64,000 nucleotides of DNA from Promethearchaeota archaeon (GCA_030599585.1 JAUVNS010000002.1:1-64000); one strand, 5' to 3'. Counted from the stretch's first letter, positions 20,101-30,515 are shown. The notes: generated by a model not told the origin, from the sequence alone. A program made the numbers and translations.

Positions 20101-21132
20101 CCATCTTTTAAGAGTAAAAAAGATTATCACTTATTAAAAAAAATATATGATGAAGCATCCATATTGATAAAAAGAGATCCAAACTCAGGAGAAATTATTG
20201 ATAATCCTTGGGATTTTCAATTTAAAAGGATGATAGACATGTCGCTTGATTCAAAACATTTCCTAACCAAAAATGATCTAGAGCGTTTAGGTGCTTTTCC
20301 CTTTAAAAAGAATAATATTGGTTCAACATGGATTGATAAAGAAAAAAGAAAATTCCTTCCATTATACGAAGGTCGGATGATAGGTCAATATAATCATAGA
20401 TTAAATTCAATGGATTTTGCACAAGAAGGTAAAAAAAGAAAAGCTAAATCAATTGGAACTGAAGAAGAAGAATATAAAAATCCTAATTACTCGGCAATAC
20501 CTAATTATTGGATAAATGAAGAAATTGTCAATGATAGAATAGAAGAAAATTTTACTAAAAATTGGTTTATTGGTTATAGAGATATCATCGGATATGAGAG
20601 ATTTTTCATTTCTACAGTAATACCTAAAGTTGCCGTTGGGAATAAAATAATATTGTTATTATCTAATAAGAACCCAGAATTGTTATGTTGCTTGCTTGCT
20701 AACTTAAATTCTATAGTTTTTGATTATGCCATAAGCCAAAAAATTTCAGGAATGAGTCTAAACCAATTTATCGTTGATCAATTACCTGTCTTTTCACCAA
20801 ATAAATATAATAAAAAAATTAAACAAATTATTAAATCAAAAATATCCAAGTTAATATTTGTTTCTTATGATCAAAAAAAATTTGCAAACGATTTAGGTAT
20901 TGATCGAGAACCCTTTGAATGGAATTTATCAGATAGGGAAATCCTAATTTCAGAATTAGAAGCAATTTTGGCTCATTTATATAATATAGAAAGAGATAAT
21001 TTGATTTATATTCTTAATACATTTAAATTATTAAAAAAAAAAGAAATTGATAAGTATAATGAATATAGATCTATGAGATTAATTATAGAAGCATATGATA
21101 AATATTCAAAACAAAAGGAGTTGTTTGAATAA
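17137..21132 (+). CDS. Type IIG-like N6-adenine DNA methyltransferase (DrmMI-like), copy 2
   Basis: Same core motifs but NPPW. Different TRD (FNPNTLTCPSF, LPLYEGRMI, LLANLNSIVFDY). Confidence 0.9.
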   Translation: MASKSALLRNIRPSGGLFTENILLRLRDNPNQLKIGKIDSFLKEDTKEERKKLTDKKQIIFDWCIQKWDEISPNIEEWSIEDLAKKWLIPLFTLFDHEIEDFEINKENLDEDSILKEFRISYQSRDHINPFFHYVSVNEDFDSKNDRNPQKKSHHNVCQQFINFNPEIKWLFLSNGRILRILTKYYHSYSKGYLEFDLENIFANRDEREFNTLYSIIHSSRFNSKIEDDSLLIDEFQKDSIIEGVKIGDTLRDNVENALELLGNELIQQNLDKIDLDKIDVNEFYAELLRIIYRIIFILYAEQRDMLPGAGSLYFEQFSLSSLRIRAEKPIKAEKNYDLWNKMLLTFNLVRDGNSLLGVNSYNGSLFKEDNLRIILKNGMKISNDIVLKVIRLLTTSANHKVRQRINFLEVSEEEIGAIYESLLDFKPYISSTSQFQLIEGTERKSTGSYYTPKALIDILIRTTLEPLVEDRLIKIVDDGHARESAILSIKVCDPACGGGTFLLSALDYLGKRLAEVRTILDSPLEGDLREARRDVLQHCIYGVDMNPLAVELAKISLWLRACVKDKPLNFLDNHIKCGNSLIGLGEKIEIDKINPNAFETISGNKATGIPPENKRLKSKAREIIKKEINERNKQGKTSLITSFFTERRTADICSAKFKEIIYMPETDPNKIKEKEQKYEVLRLNENYQQALNEAHIWTSTFFWPFEGDSLGEIPRYTTIEQLRDKIVDPELDNLMKKINNITKENQFFHWYIEFPEVFSSERGGFDCILTNPPWEALELKESEFFTGLDDEILNAANQSERRKLIKSLREKAPKLFIEYMNAWRSMKKLGHFLRKSGLYELSAKGTINTYAIFVERCWNIINPNGYAGMITPTGIIMNFYMQELFQAFVQKKSIMSIFDFKNKKGIFKIHRDYRFCLITLAGKKIVKDIIPMVFYSLDPFEIQEYLSLIIENKKDLINKVKKLPDDHKLILLQQQDFEVFNPNTLTCPSFKSKKDYHLLKKIYDEASILIKRDPNSGEIIDNPWDFQFKRMIDMSLDSKHFLTKNDLERLGAFPFKKNNIGSTWIDKEKRKFLPLYEGRMIGQYNHRLNSMDFAQEGKKRKAKSIGTEEEEYKNPNYSAIPNYWINEEIVNDRIEENFTKNWFIGYRDIIGYERFFISTVIPKVAVGNKIILLLSNKNPELLCCLLANLNSIVFDYAISQKISGMSLNQFIVDQLPVFSPNKYNKKIKQIIKSKISKLIFVSYDQKKFANDLGIDREPFEWNLSDREILISELEAILAHLYNIERDNLIYILNTFKLLKKKEIDKYNEYRSMRLIIEAYDKYSKQKELFE

Positions 21133-24100
21133 ATGAGTAAAATATCAACAGACCAAAAACCCCAAAACATCTTTCTCATTGCCGACCACCTTCAACAAAC
21201 TTATAAAAACTTCGTTAAAACTTTCCAGAAGTTTCAAAACTCCGAAATCCAAAAGTGGGTTGATCGACAAATGGAAAAAGAAGATCTTCTCTATAAAGAT
21301 CCGCTTATTGAATTGAATTTTCAATTCGAGAAAGGAACACCATTGAAAAAATTCGTTCAAAAAGGAGCAATTAATCCCCAAATACCAACCATTTTTGACA
21401 TTAACCCTTATAAACATCAATCAGAAGCAATTGAACAAGTTTGTGTTGAAAAAATAAACATTATTGTATCAACTGGAACAGGTTCTGGAAAGAGTATGTG
21501 CTTCTGGATTCCTATAGTTAATACTTGTCTTGAAATGAAAGGTCAAGGGTTAGACGGGATTAAAGCGATTGTTATATTCCCAATGAATGCTCTTGCCAAC
21601 TCGCAATACGAAAATATAACAAAAGCCTTAAATGGAACGGGATTAAAAGTTGCGAAATATACTGGAGACACTGCCTACACAAGAGACGAAGGTTTAAGCC
21701 AATTGGAAAAACATGGACTTTTAAAGAGGAGAAAAACTGATAAGCCATACAACTGTGAGCTACTTTCTCGGAAGGAAATTCGTGATGCACCGCCTGATAT
21801 TTTACTTACGAATTACGTAATGCTCGATTTAATTTTAACTCGTTTCGAGGATAAAGATTTATTTCCAGAAAGACATAAAGGACATTTAAAATATTTAGTT
21901 CTTGACGAGATTCACACGTATTCGGGAAACTCAGGAGCCGATGTTGCTGGACTCATCCGCAGGTTAAAAGAAAAAACGCATACTCGAGAAAAAATTCGTT
22001 GTATCGGAACCAGTGCTACAATTCAAGATAATAAGAAATCTGGAGGAACTGCTTCTATCATTGAGTTTGCCGAGAAGATATTTGGAGAGAATTTCGAACC
22101 TTCAAGTTTGATTCAAGCAACTTATGTAAATTTAGATATTCCTAAGGAAGAAATTCTTCCTTTACCCTCAAATATAACAATTACAGAAGAAAATTTAATT
22201 GATTTTGATGGTACTTTTAGTTCAATTATCCCTATTGCCCAAAAATTGTTAGATCGACCTTTAGAAGCAAACGAGCGCAAACCTGAAGCTCTCGGTAAAT
22301 TATTTCAAACACATCCAACAATAATATTTCTAAGGAATGCACTAAAGGAAGAAGCAAAGGCTCTTAAGAGACTTGCTAAAGAGTATAAAGAAGATATAAG
22401 GAGCAACGAATCGATAGAGATCTGTCTTAGAGAGCTTAAAGCAGCCTTTTTGTTAGGAACTATTGCAAAAATCACGGTTCAAAACGAGCTAAGACCGTTG
22501 CTCGTACCAAAATTACATGTGTTTTTTACTCGAGGGCAAGAGTTATATTTGTGTTTAACTAAAGAGGCTTTAACTTCAACACCCCATTTAAGCATAGATG
22601 GAGATTTAAAGTGTAAGATATGCGAATATCCATCTTTTCCGCTCTATTTCTGTCGTAATTGTGGACAAGAATTTCATAGCGTGTATATCTTGGAAAATAG
22701 TGCATTCCCAAGGACTTTTAATTCCGAAGGATCAGGTGAAATGGCATATTTAACGCCTAAAACAAATGATAATGATTCTTGGGAAACTCCTGGGAACTGG
22801 TTGGATAAAAATAGTAATCTAAGAAAAAATTATAAAGATGTTATTCCTGAAAGCACGGAGTATTGTCCCAATTGCAATAAAATCAGTACTGATTGTTCTT
22901 GTTCAGAAAAAATTACAGTCTGGAAAATTCCTTATCCGCTTCAAATTTGCCCGTCGTGTAATATATTCTATACTAAAAATAAGGGAGAATATAGTAAATT
23001 GTTCTCGTTCAATTCTACAGGGCGGAGCTCTTCTACTGATGTATTAACGGCAGAAGTTTTAAGATTGTTAAATAAAGACCAAAAAAAACAAATAATTTTT
23101 ACAGATAATAGACAAGACACAGCTTTGCAAGCAGAACATTTAAACGAATTCCAAAGAAGAACAAATTTTAGGCAAGCATTTTTACATACCTTAAAATCTA
23201 TTAATTCAAAGGAGCTTAGAGTCACAGATAGGGATATTGGTAAGATTATATTTGATTTTTTAAAAAATAACGATAAACTGCCCGACTTTCAAAAAGAAAG
23301 GGATCAAAAGAGCAGATTTAGTACTGCACCAATCCCAGAAAAGGAATTTACGGAGTTTTTACAATTTTTAGCTTTATCAGATATCATGCAATCGCAATAT
23401 TTTTTAGATTTAAATCTTGATAAGTTGGGATTGTTAAAAATAGACTATGACGGTTTGGAATTGTTAATAAAAGATCCGCTTATAACAGATGTAAAGCTTT
23501 TCGAAAGATTATCTGAAGATGAGAGATACGATTATATTCGTGGAATTTTAGATATCTTTAGGTGGAATGGAGCAATTGAAAGCAGCGCTTTTATTGACAC
23601 TGTTCGCAAGTACGAAGATTGGAAAAACAAATTTAAAGAAGATATATTATTCGATATTAACAAATCTCACTGGAATAGAGTTGGATTTGCTTATAAAAAG
23701 CCAGAAAAGGGTCATAAAGTCTACCATAATCATCAAAGAGTTGTTTTTAGGAGCATTTCGTGGTATACTACAACCCTTATTAATTGGACTAAAAAATATT
23801 TCTCGATAAACAAATTCGAAGAAGCTGACAACTTACTTAGAAAAACGATTGAAATTCTAGAGGAAGCGGGATTCATAACGTCTTTCTGGACAAATCGCCC
23901 CTCTTTTCAATTGTATCAAATTAGTGAAGGAAAGATACTATTCAATTTGAATCAAAATAAGGAATTTTCTCAATGTCCTAAATGTAAAAGAACCTATCAA
24001 TTTAAAAAATATCATAAATGTGCTTGGAGGAACTGTCCAGATTTAAAAGAGATTAATGATTACGAGGATCATTTTTATTCTAAGTTATATAAAAAATTAC

Positions 24101-26973
24101 CTAATAAGGAATCTGAGGTTCATGCTAAAGAGCACAGCGCTCAAGTAAAAGGTACTAAGAGGGCACAATTTGAGAACGATTTTGAAGAAAATGCTATAGG
24201 TACCACAAATGTTTTAGTATGCACACCAACAATGGAACTTGGTATTGATATCGGAGAACTTTCAGCAATTATGATGCGGAATGTTCCGCCAGATCCAAGT
24301 CGCTACGCTCAAAGGGCTGGGAGGGCGGGAAGAAAAAACCAGCCATCAATCATACAAATATTTTGTGGGACGGGATATGCTAAAGGTCCGCACGATCAAT
24401 ATTTTTACCGCGAACCTGAAAAAATTGTTTCTGGAAAAATAAGTCCACCTAATTTTCTTTTGGATAATAAAAAACTAATAAAAAAGCATATACACTCTGC
24501 GATAATCGAAACGCTTTCTATAAAAATTCCGCAAAAAGCGGGTGAAATCCTTGATTTAGAAAAAAAAGTAGATAAATTTCCATTTTATCATAATTTCAAA
24601 ACTTCGATTGTTGATGAGATTAATAGAAACTACGACATCTTAGAAAAAACAATTAAGAGTATTTTTAGCAACGAATTGAACAAATTTCCATGGTTTACAG
24701 TTGATTTCTTGGGTTCTGCAATTAGGAGTTTTTATTCGGCTTTAAATGAAACGTTTGATTATTTTCGAGATACATTTTTCGAAGTACTAATTCAGTTGGA
24801 ATATTTATATCATAAAAGCAATTCTAGAGCCGGGCTCGATAATAAAGATAAACGTGAGCGTGCTGCTTTAGAAATAAAAAGAGATAAGATGAGAAATGGA
24901 AAGCAACCCTATGATACATTCAGCTTCTTAAGAAATTATGGTTTTTTACCAAATTACGCTTTTCCTAGCGATACTACATTGCTGACTATGTTTAATCAAG
25001 ATAGAGCTGAATATTACGATAATTGGCGATCTTCCGTTATAGCGATACGAGAATTTGCTCCTCACAATCAAGTTTACTTTTTAGGTAATAAGTACAGTAT
25101 TAATAGAGCGATGGTTAAATCTGAAGGGGGAGAGTTAAATATCGATAACATTTATATCTGCGAAAATTGTAATGAAATTTTGATCGATAGCTCAAGTTCA
25201 ACCTCTACTTCTTTAATAAAGTGCCCGATTTGCGATACTGAAATACGATTAAGTAGTTTTAAATCAAGCCTTAGATTTCCTCAGATGTTTTCAACTAGTG
25301 GTCCTAGAATTACCTGCGACGAAGAAAGTAGGCAGATCAAGGGATACGAAATAACAATAAATTACAAACATAAAAAATCCAAAATTGTTAATTATGAAAT
25401 CATATGTGATCAAATCCCCACGGCAAAAATCTCATATGAACATAATGGAAATATTTATATGGTAAATAAGGGTTCTCGGATTAAATCGAAAACTACCAAT
25501 GAAATTGAACTCCAAAGTTTTAACTTTTGCAGTGCTTGTGGTCAATGGTTACACAACAATGAGGCTGGAACTCATATTGAGGTGTGTCCGAAGGGTGGTA
25601 GCGAGCGTCATCTCCAAAAAGATTTCTGGTTATTTATAGATGGAAATCACGATGTCGTAGTATTTGAATTTCCCTTAATTGGAGATTTCGATCCAACTTC
25701 TTATTACACTACTTTAAAGGAAGCTATAATTCAAAGTATAACGCTCACATATAATTTAGAAGAGTCAGAAATAAGTAGTTTTCTCAACCCAGTTCCAGGT
25801 AAAAACGAGCAATCGATTGTTATTTTTGAAACAGAAGAAGGAGGGACGGGAGTATTAAAATCGTTGCTAAATACCTCACTAGACCGATTTGATAAATTTA
25901 TTGAAAACTTATTTAGAATATTACATGTTAAATCACTAGAACCTTATGAAGAGACTATGGATGCCTGTATAGAAGCATGTTATAATTGTCTATTAAGATT
26001 TCGTAATCAATTCGAACATAATCTTTTAAACCGTAAAATAATACTTCCTTTAATTAATTCATTAAAAAAAAGTACTTTAAAAGGAATTTCGAAAGATTCT
26101 GAGCTTGATCTAAGAGAAAAATTAAAAAAACTCAAGGAAAAATGCGATTCTGAACTAGAAAAAATGGTTTTAGATGAAATAGTACGACAAAATTTACGCT
26201 TACCAGATGATGCCCAAAATTTAATTTCTGAAAATGGTATACCAATAACAAAAGCAGATTTCTTCTATAATCCCGGTACTTATCTTTTCATAGATGGACC
26301 TCCTCACATCCCCGAGAATGTCCAAAGAGAGGATAGCATTAAACGTGATAAAATTGAATCTCAAGGTTTAACTATAATAGTACTTGATTTTAAAGATGGC
26401 AAATACCATGAGGATTCATCTTATATTACTCGGGAAGTATCTAAGTTGAGAGATTATTTTGATGAAATTATCGATTACGATTTCCAAAGTGAAGGAGATG
26501 ACTCAATTAAAGATGCTCCCAAAAAGCCAAAAATTAAAGAACCTATTAAAGTTAGTGATAAAACAACTGCTACTAATAAATTAATTAGTGATTTTGAATT
26601 AAAAATACGAGAATTCATTGAAAATCAATTAGATAAATATTATGGAGAAGATTGGTGGACTCAGGGAATTCCTGGGAATACTCGAGAAATGGCTGAAAAT
26701 AGAAAATTGAATAAAGAGAAAATAGAACCAAGGAGAACCTATAAGATTGTTGATTTCCTCAGTTTTTGGGATTACGGTATCATTGTATTGTATAAAAAAA
26801 ATTGGACTAACATTTTTAAAGAATTTTTTCGAGAGAAGTACGTTGTTCAAGCTCCTTTTGAAAAGTTATCAAACATTCGGAACGATATTGCTCATAACAG
26901 ATTTATAGAGGAAGATTTTGAAAGATGTAAAACTTACATCGATGATATATTGAAATACTTACCAAATTTGTAA
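21133..26973 (+). CDS. Giant DEAH-box helicase with Zn-ribbons, DUF1998, Vsr/DUF559-like nuclease and C-terminal Swt1-like HEPN
   Basis: TGTGSGKS, PMNALANSQ, DEIH, SAT, TMELGIDIG, QRAGRAGR; ACYNCL (DUF1998); ADFFY..FIDGPPH; RNDIAH. Confidence 0.85.
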   Translation: MSKISTDQKPQNIFLIADHLQQTYKNFVKTFQKFQNSEIQKWVDRQMEKEDLLYKDPLIELNFQFEKGTPLKKFVQKGAINPQIPTIFDINPYKHQSEAIEQVCVEKINIIVSTGTGSGKSMCFWIPIVNTCLEMKGQGLDGIKAIVIFPMNALANSQYENITKALNGTGLKVAKYTGDTAYTRDEGLSQLEKHGLLKRRKTDKPYNCELLSRKEIRDAPPDILLTNYVMLDLILTRFEDKDLFPERHKGHLKYLVLDEIHTYSGNSGADVAGLIRRLKEKTHTREKIRCIGTSATIQDNKKSGGTASIIEFAEKIFGENFEPSSLIQATYVNLDIPKEEILPLPSNITITEENLIDFDGTFSSIIPIAQKLLDRPLEANERKPEALGKLFQTHPTIIFLRNALKEEAKALKRLAKEYKEDIRSNESIEICLRELKAAFLLGTIAKITVQNELRPLLVPKLHVFFTRGQELYLCLTKEALTSTPHLSIDGDLKCKICEYPSFPLYFCRNCGQEFHSVYILENSAFPRTFNSEGSGEMAYLTPKTNDNDSWETPGNWLDKNSNLRKNYKDVIPESTEYCPNCNKISTDCSCSEKITVWKIPYPLQICPSCNIFYTKNKGEYSKLFSFNSTGRSSSTDVLTAEVLRLLNKDQKKQIIFTDNRQDTALQAEHLNEFQRRTNFRQAFLHTLKSINSKELRVTDRDIGKIIFDFLKNNDKLPDFQKERDQKSRFSTAPIPEKEFTEFLQFLALSDIMQSQYFLDLNLDKLGLLKIDYDGLELLIKDPLITDVKLFERLSEDERYDYIRGILDIFRWNGAIESSAFIDTVRKYEDWKNKFKEDILFDINKSHWNRVGFAYKKPEKGHKVYHNHQRVVFRSISWYTTTLINWTKKYFSINKFEEADNLLRKTIEILEEAGFITSFWTNRPSFQLYQISEGKILFNLNQNKEFSQCPKCKRTYQFKKYHKCAWRNCPDLKEINDYEDHFYSKLYKKLPNKESEVHAKEHSAQVKGTKRAQFENDFEENAIGTTNVLVCTPTMELGIDIGELSAIMMRNVPPDPSRYAQRAGRAGRKNQPSIIQIFCGTGYAKGPHDQYFYREPEKIVSGKISPPNFLLDNKKLIKKHIHSAIIETLSIKIPQKAGEILDLEKKVDKFPFYHNFKTSIVDEINRNYDILEKTIKSIFSNELNKFPWFTVDFLGSAIRSFYSALNETFDYFRDTFFEVLIQLEYLYHKSNSRAGLDNKDKRERAALEIKRDKMRNGKQPYDTFSFLRNYGFLPNYAFPSDTTLLTMFNQDRAEYYDNWRSSVIAIREFAPHNQVYFLGNKYSINRAMVKSEGGELNIDNIYICENCNEILIDSSSSTSTSLIKCPICDTEIRLSSFKSSLRFPQMFSTSGPRITCDEESRQIKGYEITINYKHKKSKIVNYEIICDQIPTAKISYEHNGNIYMVNKGSRIKSKTTNEIELQSFNFCSACGQWLHNNEAGTHIEVCPKGGSERHLQKDFWLFIDGNHDVVVFEFPLIGDFDPTSYYTTLKEAIIQSITLTYNLEESEISSFLNPVPGKNEQSIVIFETEEGGTGVLKSLLNTSLDRFDKFIENLFRILHVKSLEPYEETMDACIEACYNCLLRFRNQFEHNLLNRKIILPLINSLKKSTLKGISKDSELDLREKLKKLKEKCDSELEKMVLDEIVRQNLRLPDDAQNLISENGIPITKADFFYNPGTYLFIDGPPHIPENVQREDSIKRDKIESQGLTIIVLDFKDGKYHEDSSYITREVSKLRDYFDEIIDYDFQSEGDDSIKDAPKKPKIKEPIKVSDKTTATNKLISDFELKIREFIENQLDKYYGEDWWTQGIPGNTREMAENRKLNKEKIEPRRTYKIVDFLSFWDYGIIVLYKKNWTNIFKEFFREKYVVQAPFEKLSNIRNDIAHNRFIEEDFERCKTYIDDILKYLPNL

Positions 26974-27012
26974 AATTAGATAAACATTTTGTTTTTTCAG
27001 TTTTTCTATTTA

Positions 27013-27318
27013 TTACTCCAGAATGATATCACAAATGCGGTTCCAGAAGTTTTTTTCAAACATTTGAGCTTGAACATAACACAATTTTAATTTCTTTTCA
27101 CATTCGGAATAATTTAAATTAAGAAATTCCGAATTTTGAGGAGTCCTACTAAGCCCATATAGTTCTTTTTCTTTAATTTGCCATAAAAGGTTGAAAAAAT
27201 CATGGCCGTTAGCAGTCATTTTAAGATCTCGATTATTGAGATTCAAACTTAAAATTTCATTTTCTATTTCTTTACTTAAAATATTCCAAAATTTCAGTAT
27301 AGAAATACTAAAAAACAT
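27013..27318 (-). pseudogene. Possible C-terminal gene remnant (NGHD motif reminiscent of DUF4435-type proteins)
   Basis: Short ORF with TANGHDFFNLL. No obvious RBS and no open upstream continuation seen. Confidence 0.25.
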
Positions 27319-27638
27319 TCCCTAAGGAAAGTTTAAAATAATTCAAATATTACGATTTTACGAATAAAAATCCTAAATAACACTAATAATTGCGCTTAAA
27401 TTTCTAAAATATTTCTAGTATTTATTTCTTCTCTTTTAATCAAGTACTTATATACAGTCCAAATTGTTATTATTGAACAAAAGAAAACATAATTTTGGTC
27501 TAAAAATTAAAAGTAAATGAAAACATAGTGATAAATTTTCAGAATTGAAATACTCTACAAAGAAAAAGTGTTAAGTAACTTTTAATAAGTGTTTTGTACT
27601 ATGTATAAGAAATAAATTAAACTGTTTCTGCAAATTAG

Positions 27639-30515
27639 ATGAAATATCCAATGGATTTTGAAGATGATAAGAAAGATATTCACTTTTTAGCAACTGATTG
27701 GGATATCGAGAAGAAAAAAAAATTTATTAAGAAAGCTAAAAACGTTTCTGAAGAGAACAGAGTTAACATCGGAAAAGATTTCGCTCTTGATAATATGTTA
27801 CAAATCAAATTTTTATTTAATAAAGCCTTTAAAAATTTTGTTTTCCACGATATTTATAATAATCCTTCTAAACGGCGAGTGGTTTTTAAAGAATTAATAA
27901 AACTAATTCCAGATTACATAAGAGTTGATTGTGAAATAGAAAAGTATACCTCTAAAAAACAAATTAAATATGAGATAACTGTTAATGACGATATAAAAAC
28001 TGCGAAAAACAAGCTAACAAACAATTATAAGGAAGTGAACGAATATTTAATTGAAAAATGGGAACATTTAATGAATAAACGTGATTTAGATGGCGCACAA
28101 GCAGTCTTAAACTGCATGTTATTGAATGAGAGAGATCACTTTTATTTTGATAATCTTTATCTTGATGATTCACCTTATTCAGGGTTGGTCCATCCTCATA
28201 AATTTCAATTTTTGGTTGAATCTTTTATGGTGAGTAAAGTGAAAAATTATCGTTTGTATTGTGATGAAGATCCCCGCTGTTTTAAATTCTTAAAAGAACT
28301 TTCCCATCTCTTCTCAGATGAAGTGATTAATAAGCTAACAATCCTTGTATACGAGACTTTTGAGGTTGAAAGAACAGAAATCAATATTTCTTACTACTCC
28401 GTTTTAATTGAGAGATTGTTGAGAATAATCCCTGATATATATTTTAGAACTTTGAATATGGAGCAAAAACTCAAGTTATTAAATGAGAATTTTGATTTAC
28501 AGACTTTATTGCGATTGTTTATTCAAGATGATACTAATATTACTTTTGCTAAATGGTTAAATTTTGTTAAATTTTTGATCGATCAAAGGTTTTATCATAA
28601 GGCATTTGAACTGGTTGAGTGGTATACTGAATCTCGGTTCAAGAATATTAAAGATATGCATAAATATTATTATTTTGATATTCTGGGTGAAACTAATTTT
28701 CATAATAGGAATTTTGAGGAAGCATTAAAAAATTTTGAGGAGGCATTAAATTATATTGAATTTATAACAGATTACAGTTTTAGTGGTAATGATTCAAAAT
28801 ATTCAATTAAAAGTACTTCGAAAGGGTATAAGGCACATTGTTTGGTAAAACTCGCTAAAACACTTGGACATCTCAGAAAGACGAATGATTTTTATAATTG
28901 TATTAATAATCTTAAGGAATTAGTAAAAAATATTGAAAATCCAGATGAAAAATTCTACATTTATATGCAACTATCGTTCGTATTTAAAGAATTAAGCTAT
29001 TTTGATAAAGAGAAGGTTTGTTTAAATAACGCCTTGAATCTCCAAGTTCAATCAAACAAACTTGAGATTGTTAATTACATCGAATTTCGAATAAGATGTT
29101 ATGACCAAACAATGATGAATCTAGCTAAATTAGGAATAATTGAAATAGAACAGATAATCGAAATTGTTTTGAAAAACGCAAGTTTAATGTTAAAATGCTT
29201 CAATTTTAGAGACGCTAAGAAGATGTGGGAAAACTTATTGCCAGAAGTGGAAAAATTGCCTCAAGGAGAATGCAAGGATTATAAACTCATTATTAATAAG
29301 AACCTGGGCTATGTAAACCTGATTTTAGGTGATTATCAAGATGCCTTCAAATATTTTGGGGAAGCTTCTCTTTTTGACAAAGATCCTGAAACAAAACTGT
29401 ACTTAATTATTTTACAAATTCTACAGGGTAATGATTCTCAAGCTATTGATTTGATAAAGGAGATTTCAAATATTTTCGAATTAAATAATAGATTCAATAG
29501 CAAGGCTTTAATGTTTTGGATCATGGAATTGATGAATTTTATTGGTGAAAAAAAATTGACCACATTTACAAAAGCTCTGCAAAAAGAGAAATTCAATTAT
29601 AAATACGAGTTTTTCTATAAGTTGGGAGATAAAATTGCAGGTTCAGGATTTTTTGCAACTTCTATAAATTTAATAGATTTCGCACTTAGGAATACAGACA
29701 ATGAACAGTTACGTGCACTCTGCTTTAAAGTAAGGGGAAATGTTTACGCATTTCAAGATAAACATCAATTGGCCATTCAGGAATATCATAAAGCTATTGA
29801 GAAAGACAAAGATTTAATAGAAGCGTATAAAAACATGGCCTTATGTTATAAAAATATTTTCGATTACATTAATGCCTCCAAGTCAATAGATACTGCCATT
29901 CAAATTGCTAAAAAGAAGAAAATTCATCACGATGACCTGTTGGATTATAAGCTTAAGATTGAAACCTTATTTATGGATAAGCTAAATTTCAGCATAATAA
30001 AATCTCAAAAGGCCCGAGATGCACTTAAATCCGCCGAACAGATATTTTTTGATTATCATACCAGAAAAGATTTACCTGATGGGTTTGCTGTACCAGTAGG
30101 TTATGCTAAAGCTCTTGAAATTATTTTAGATGAAGAATTTTCTAGCTTATTTAAGCCATTACTCTCAGATTATCAACAACGATATTTCAAGAAGAATTTA
30201 TCTTATGACTTTCATGTAAAATTTGGAAACCTATTTAGGAATAAGTCTATTATGTTAGGTAGTTGGCAAATCATATTAGAAACTACCCTATATCAAAATC
30301 TCAATAATTTGGATAGAGAGGTGCAAAAATTCTTAAAAGTTCTTAAAAATAATTTTACAAATAAAACTATTGAAACTGTAATTAATGCAATTAGCTACAT
30401 CAGATCTGTAAGGAATTCATTATCTCATACAGAAGTAATTTCAATCGCTAAAATTAAAGATATACGGAAGAAAGTAATTAATCACTTAAACCATATTATT
30501 GACTTATTATATTAA
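27639..30515 (+). CDS. TPR-repeat protein with C-terminal HEPN-like domain
   Basis: Multiple TPR motifs (LGETNFHNRNFEEALKNFEEAL; RGNVYAFQDKHQLAIQEYHKAIE). C-terminal KALEIIL...RNSLSH (RxxxxH). Confidence 0.75.
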   Translation: MKYPMDFEDDKKDIHFLATDWDIEKKKKFIKKAKNVSEENRVNIGKDFALDNMLQIKFLFNKAFKNFVFHDIYNNPSKRRVVFKELIKLIPDYIRVDCEIEKYTSKKQIKYEITVNDDIKTAKNKLTNNYKEVNEYLIEKWEHLMNKRDLDGAQAVLNCMLLNERDHFYFDNLYLDDSPYSGLVHPHKFQFLVESFMVSKVKNYRLYCDEDPRCFKFLKELSHLFSDEVINKLTILVYETFEVERTEINISYYSVLIERLLRIIPDIYFRTLNMEQKLKLLNENFDLQTLLRLFIQDDTNITFAKWLNFVKFLIDQRFYHKAFELVEWYTESRFKNIKDMHKYYYFDILGETNFHNRNFEEALKNFEEALNYIEFITDYSFSGNDSKYSIKSTSKGYKAHCLVKLAKTLGHLRKTNDFYNCINNLKELVKNIENPDEKFYIYMQLSFVFKELSYFDKEKVCLNNALNLQVQSNKLEIVNYIEFRIRCYDQTMMNLAKLGIIEIEQIIEIVLKNASLMLKCFNFRDAKKMWENLLPEVEKLPQGECKDYKLIINKNLGYVNLILGDYQDAFKYFGEASLFDKDPETKLYLIILQILQGNDSQAIDLIKEISNIFELNNRFNSKALMFWIMELMNFIGEKKLTTFTKALQKEKFNYKYEFFYKLGDKIAGSGFFATSINLIDFALRNTDNEQLRALCFKVRGNVYAFQDKHQLAIQEYHKAIEKDKDLIEAYKNMALCYKNIFDYINASKSIDTAIQIAKKKKIHHDDLLDYKLKIETLFMDKLNFSIIKSQKARDALKSAEQIFFDYHTRKDLPDGFAVPVGYAKALEIILDEEFSSLFKPLLSDYQQRYFKKNLSYDFHVKFGNLFRNKSIMLGSWQIILETTLYQNLNNLDREVQKFLKVLKNNFTNKTIETVINAISYIRSVRNSLSHTEVISIAKIKDIRKKVINHLNHIIDLLY

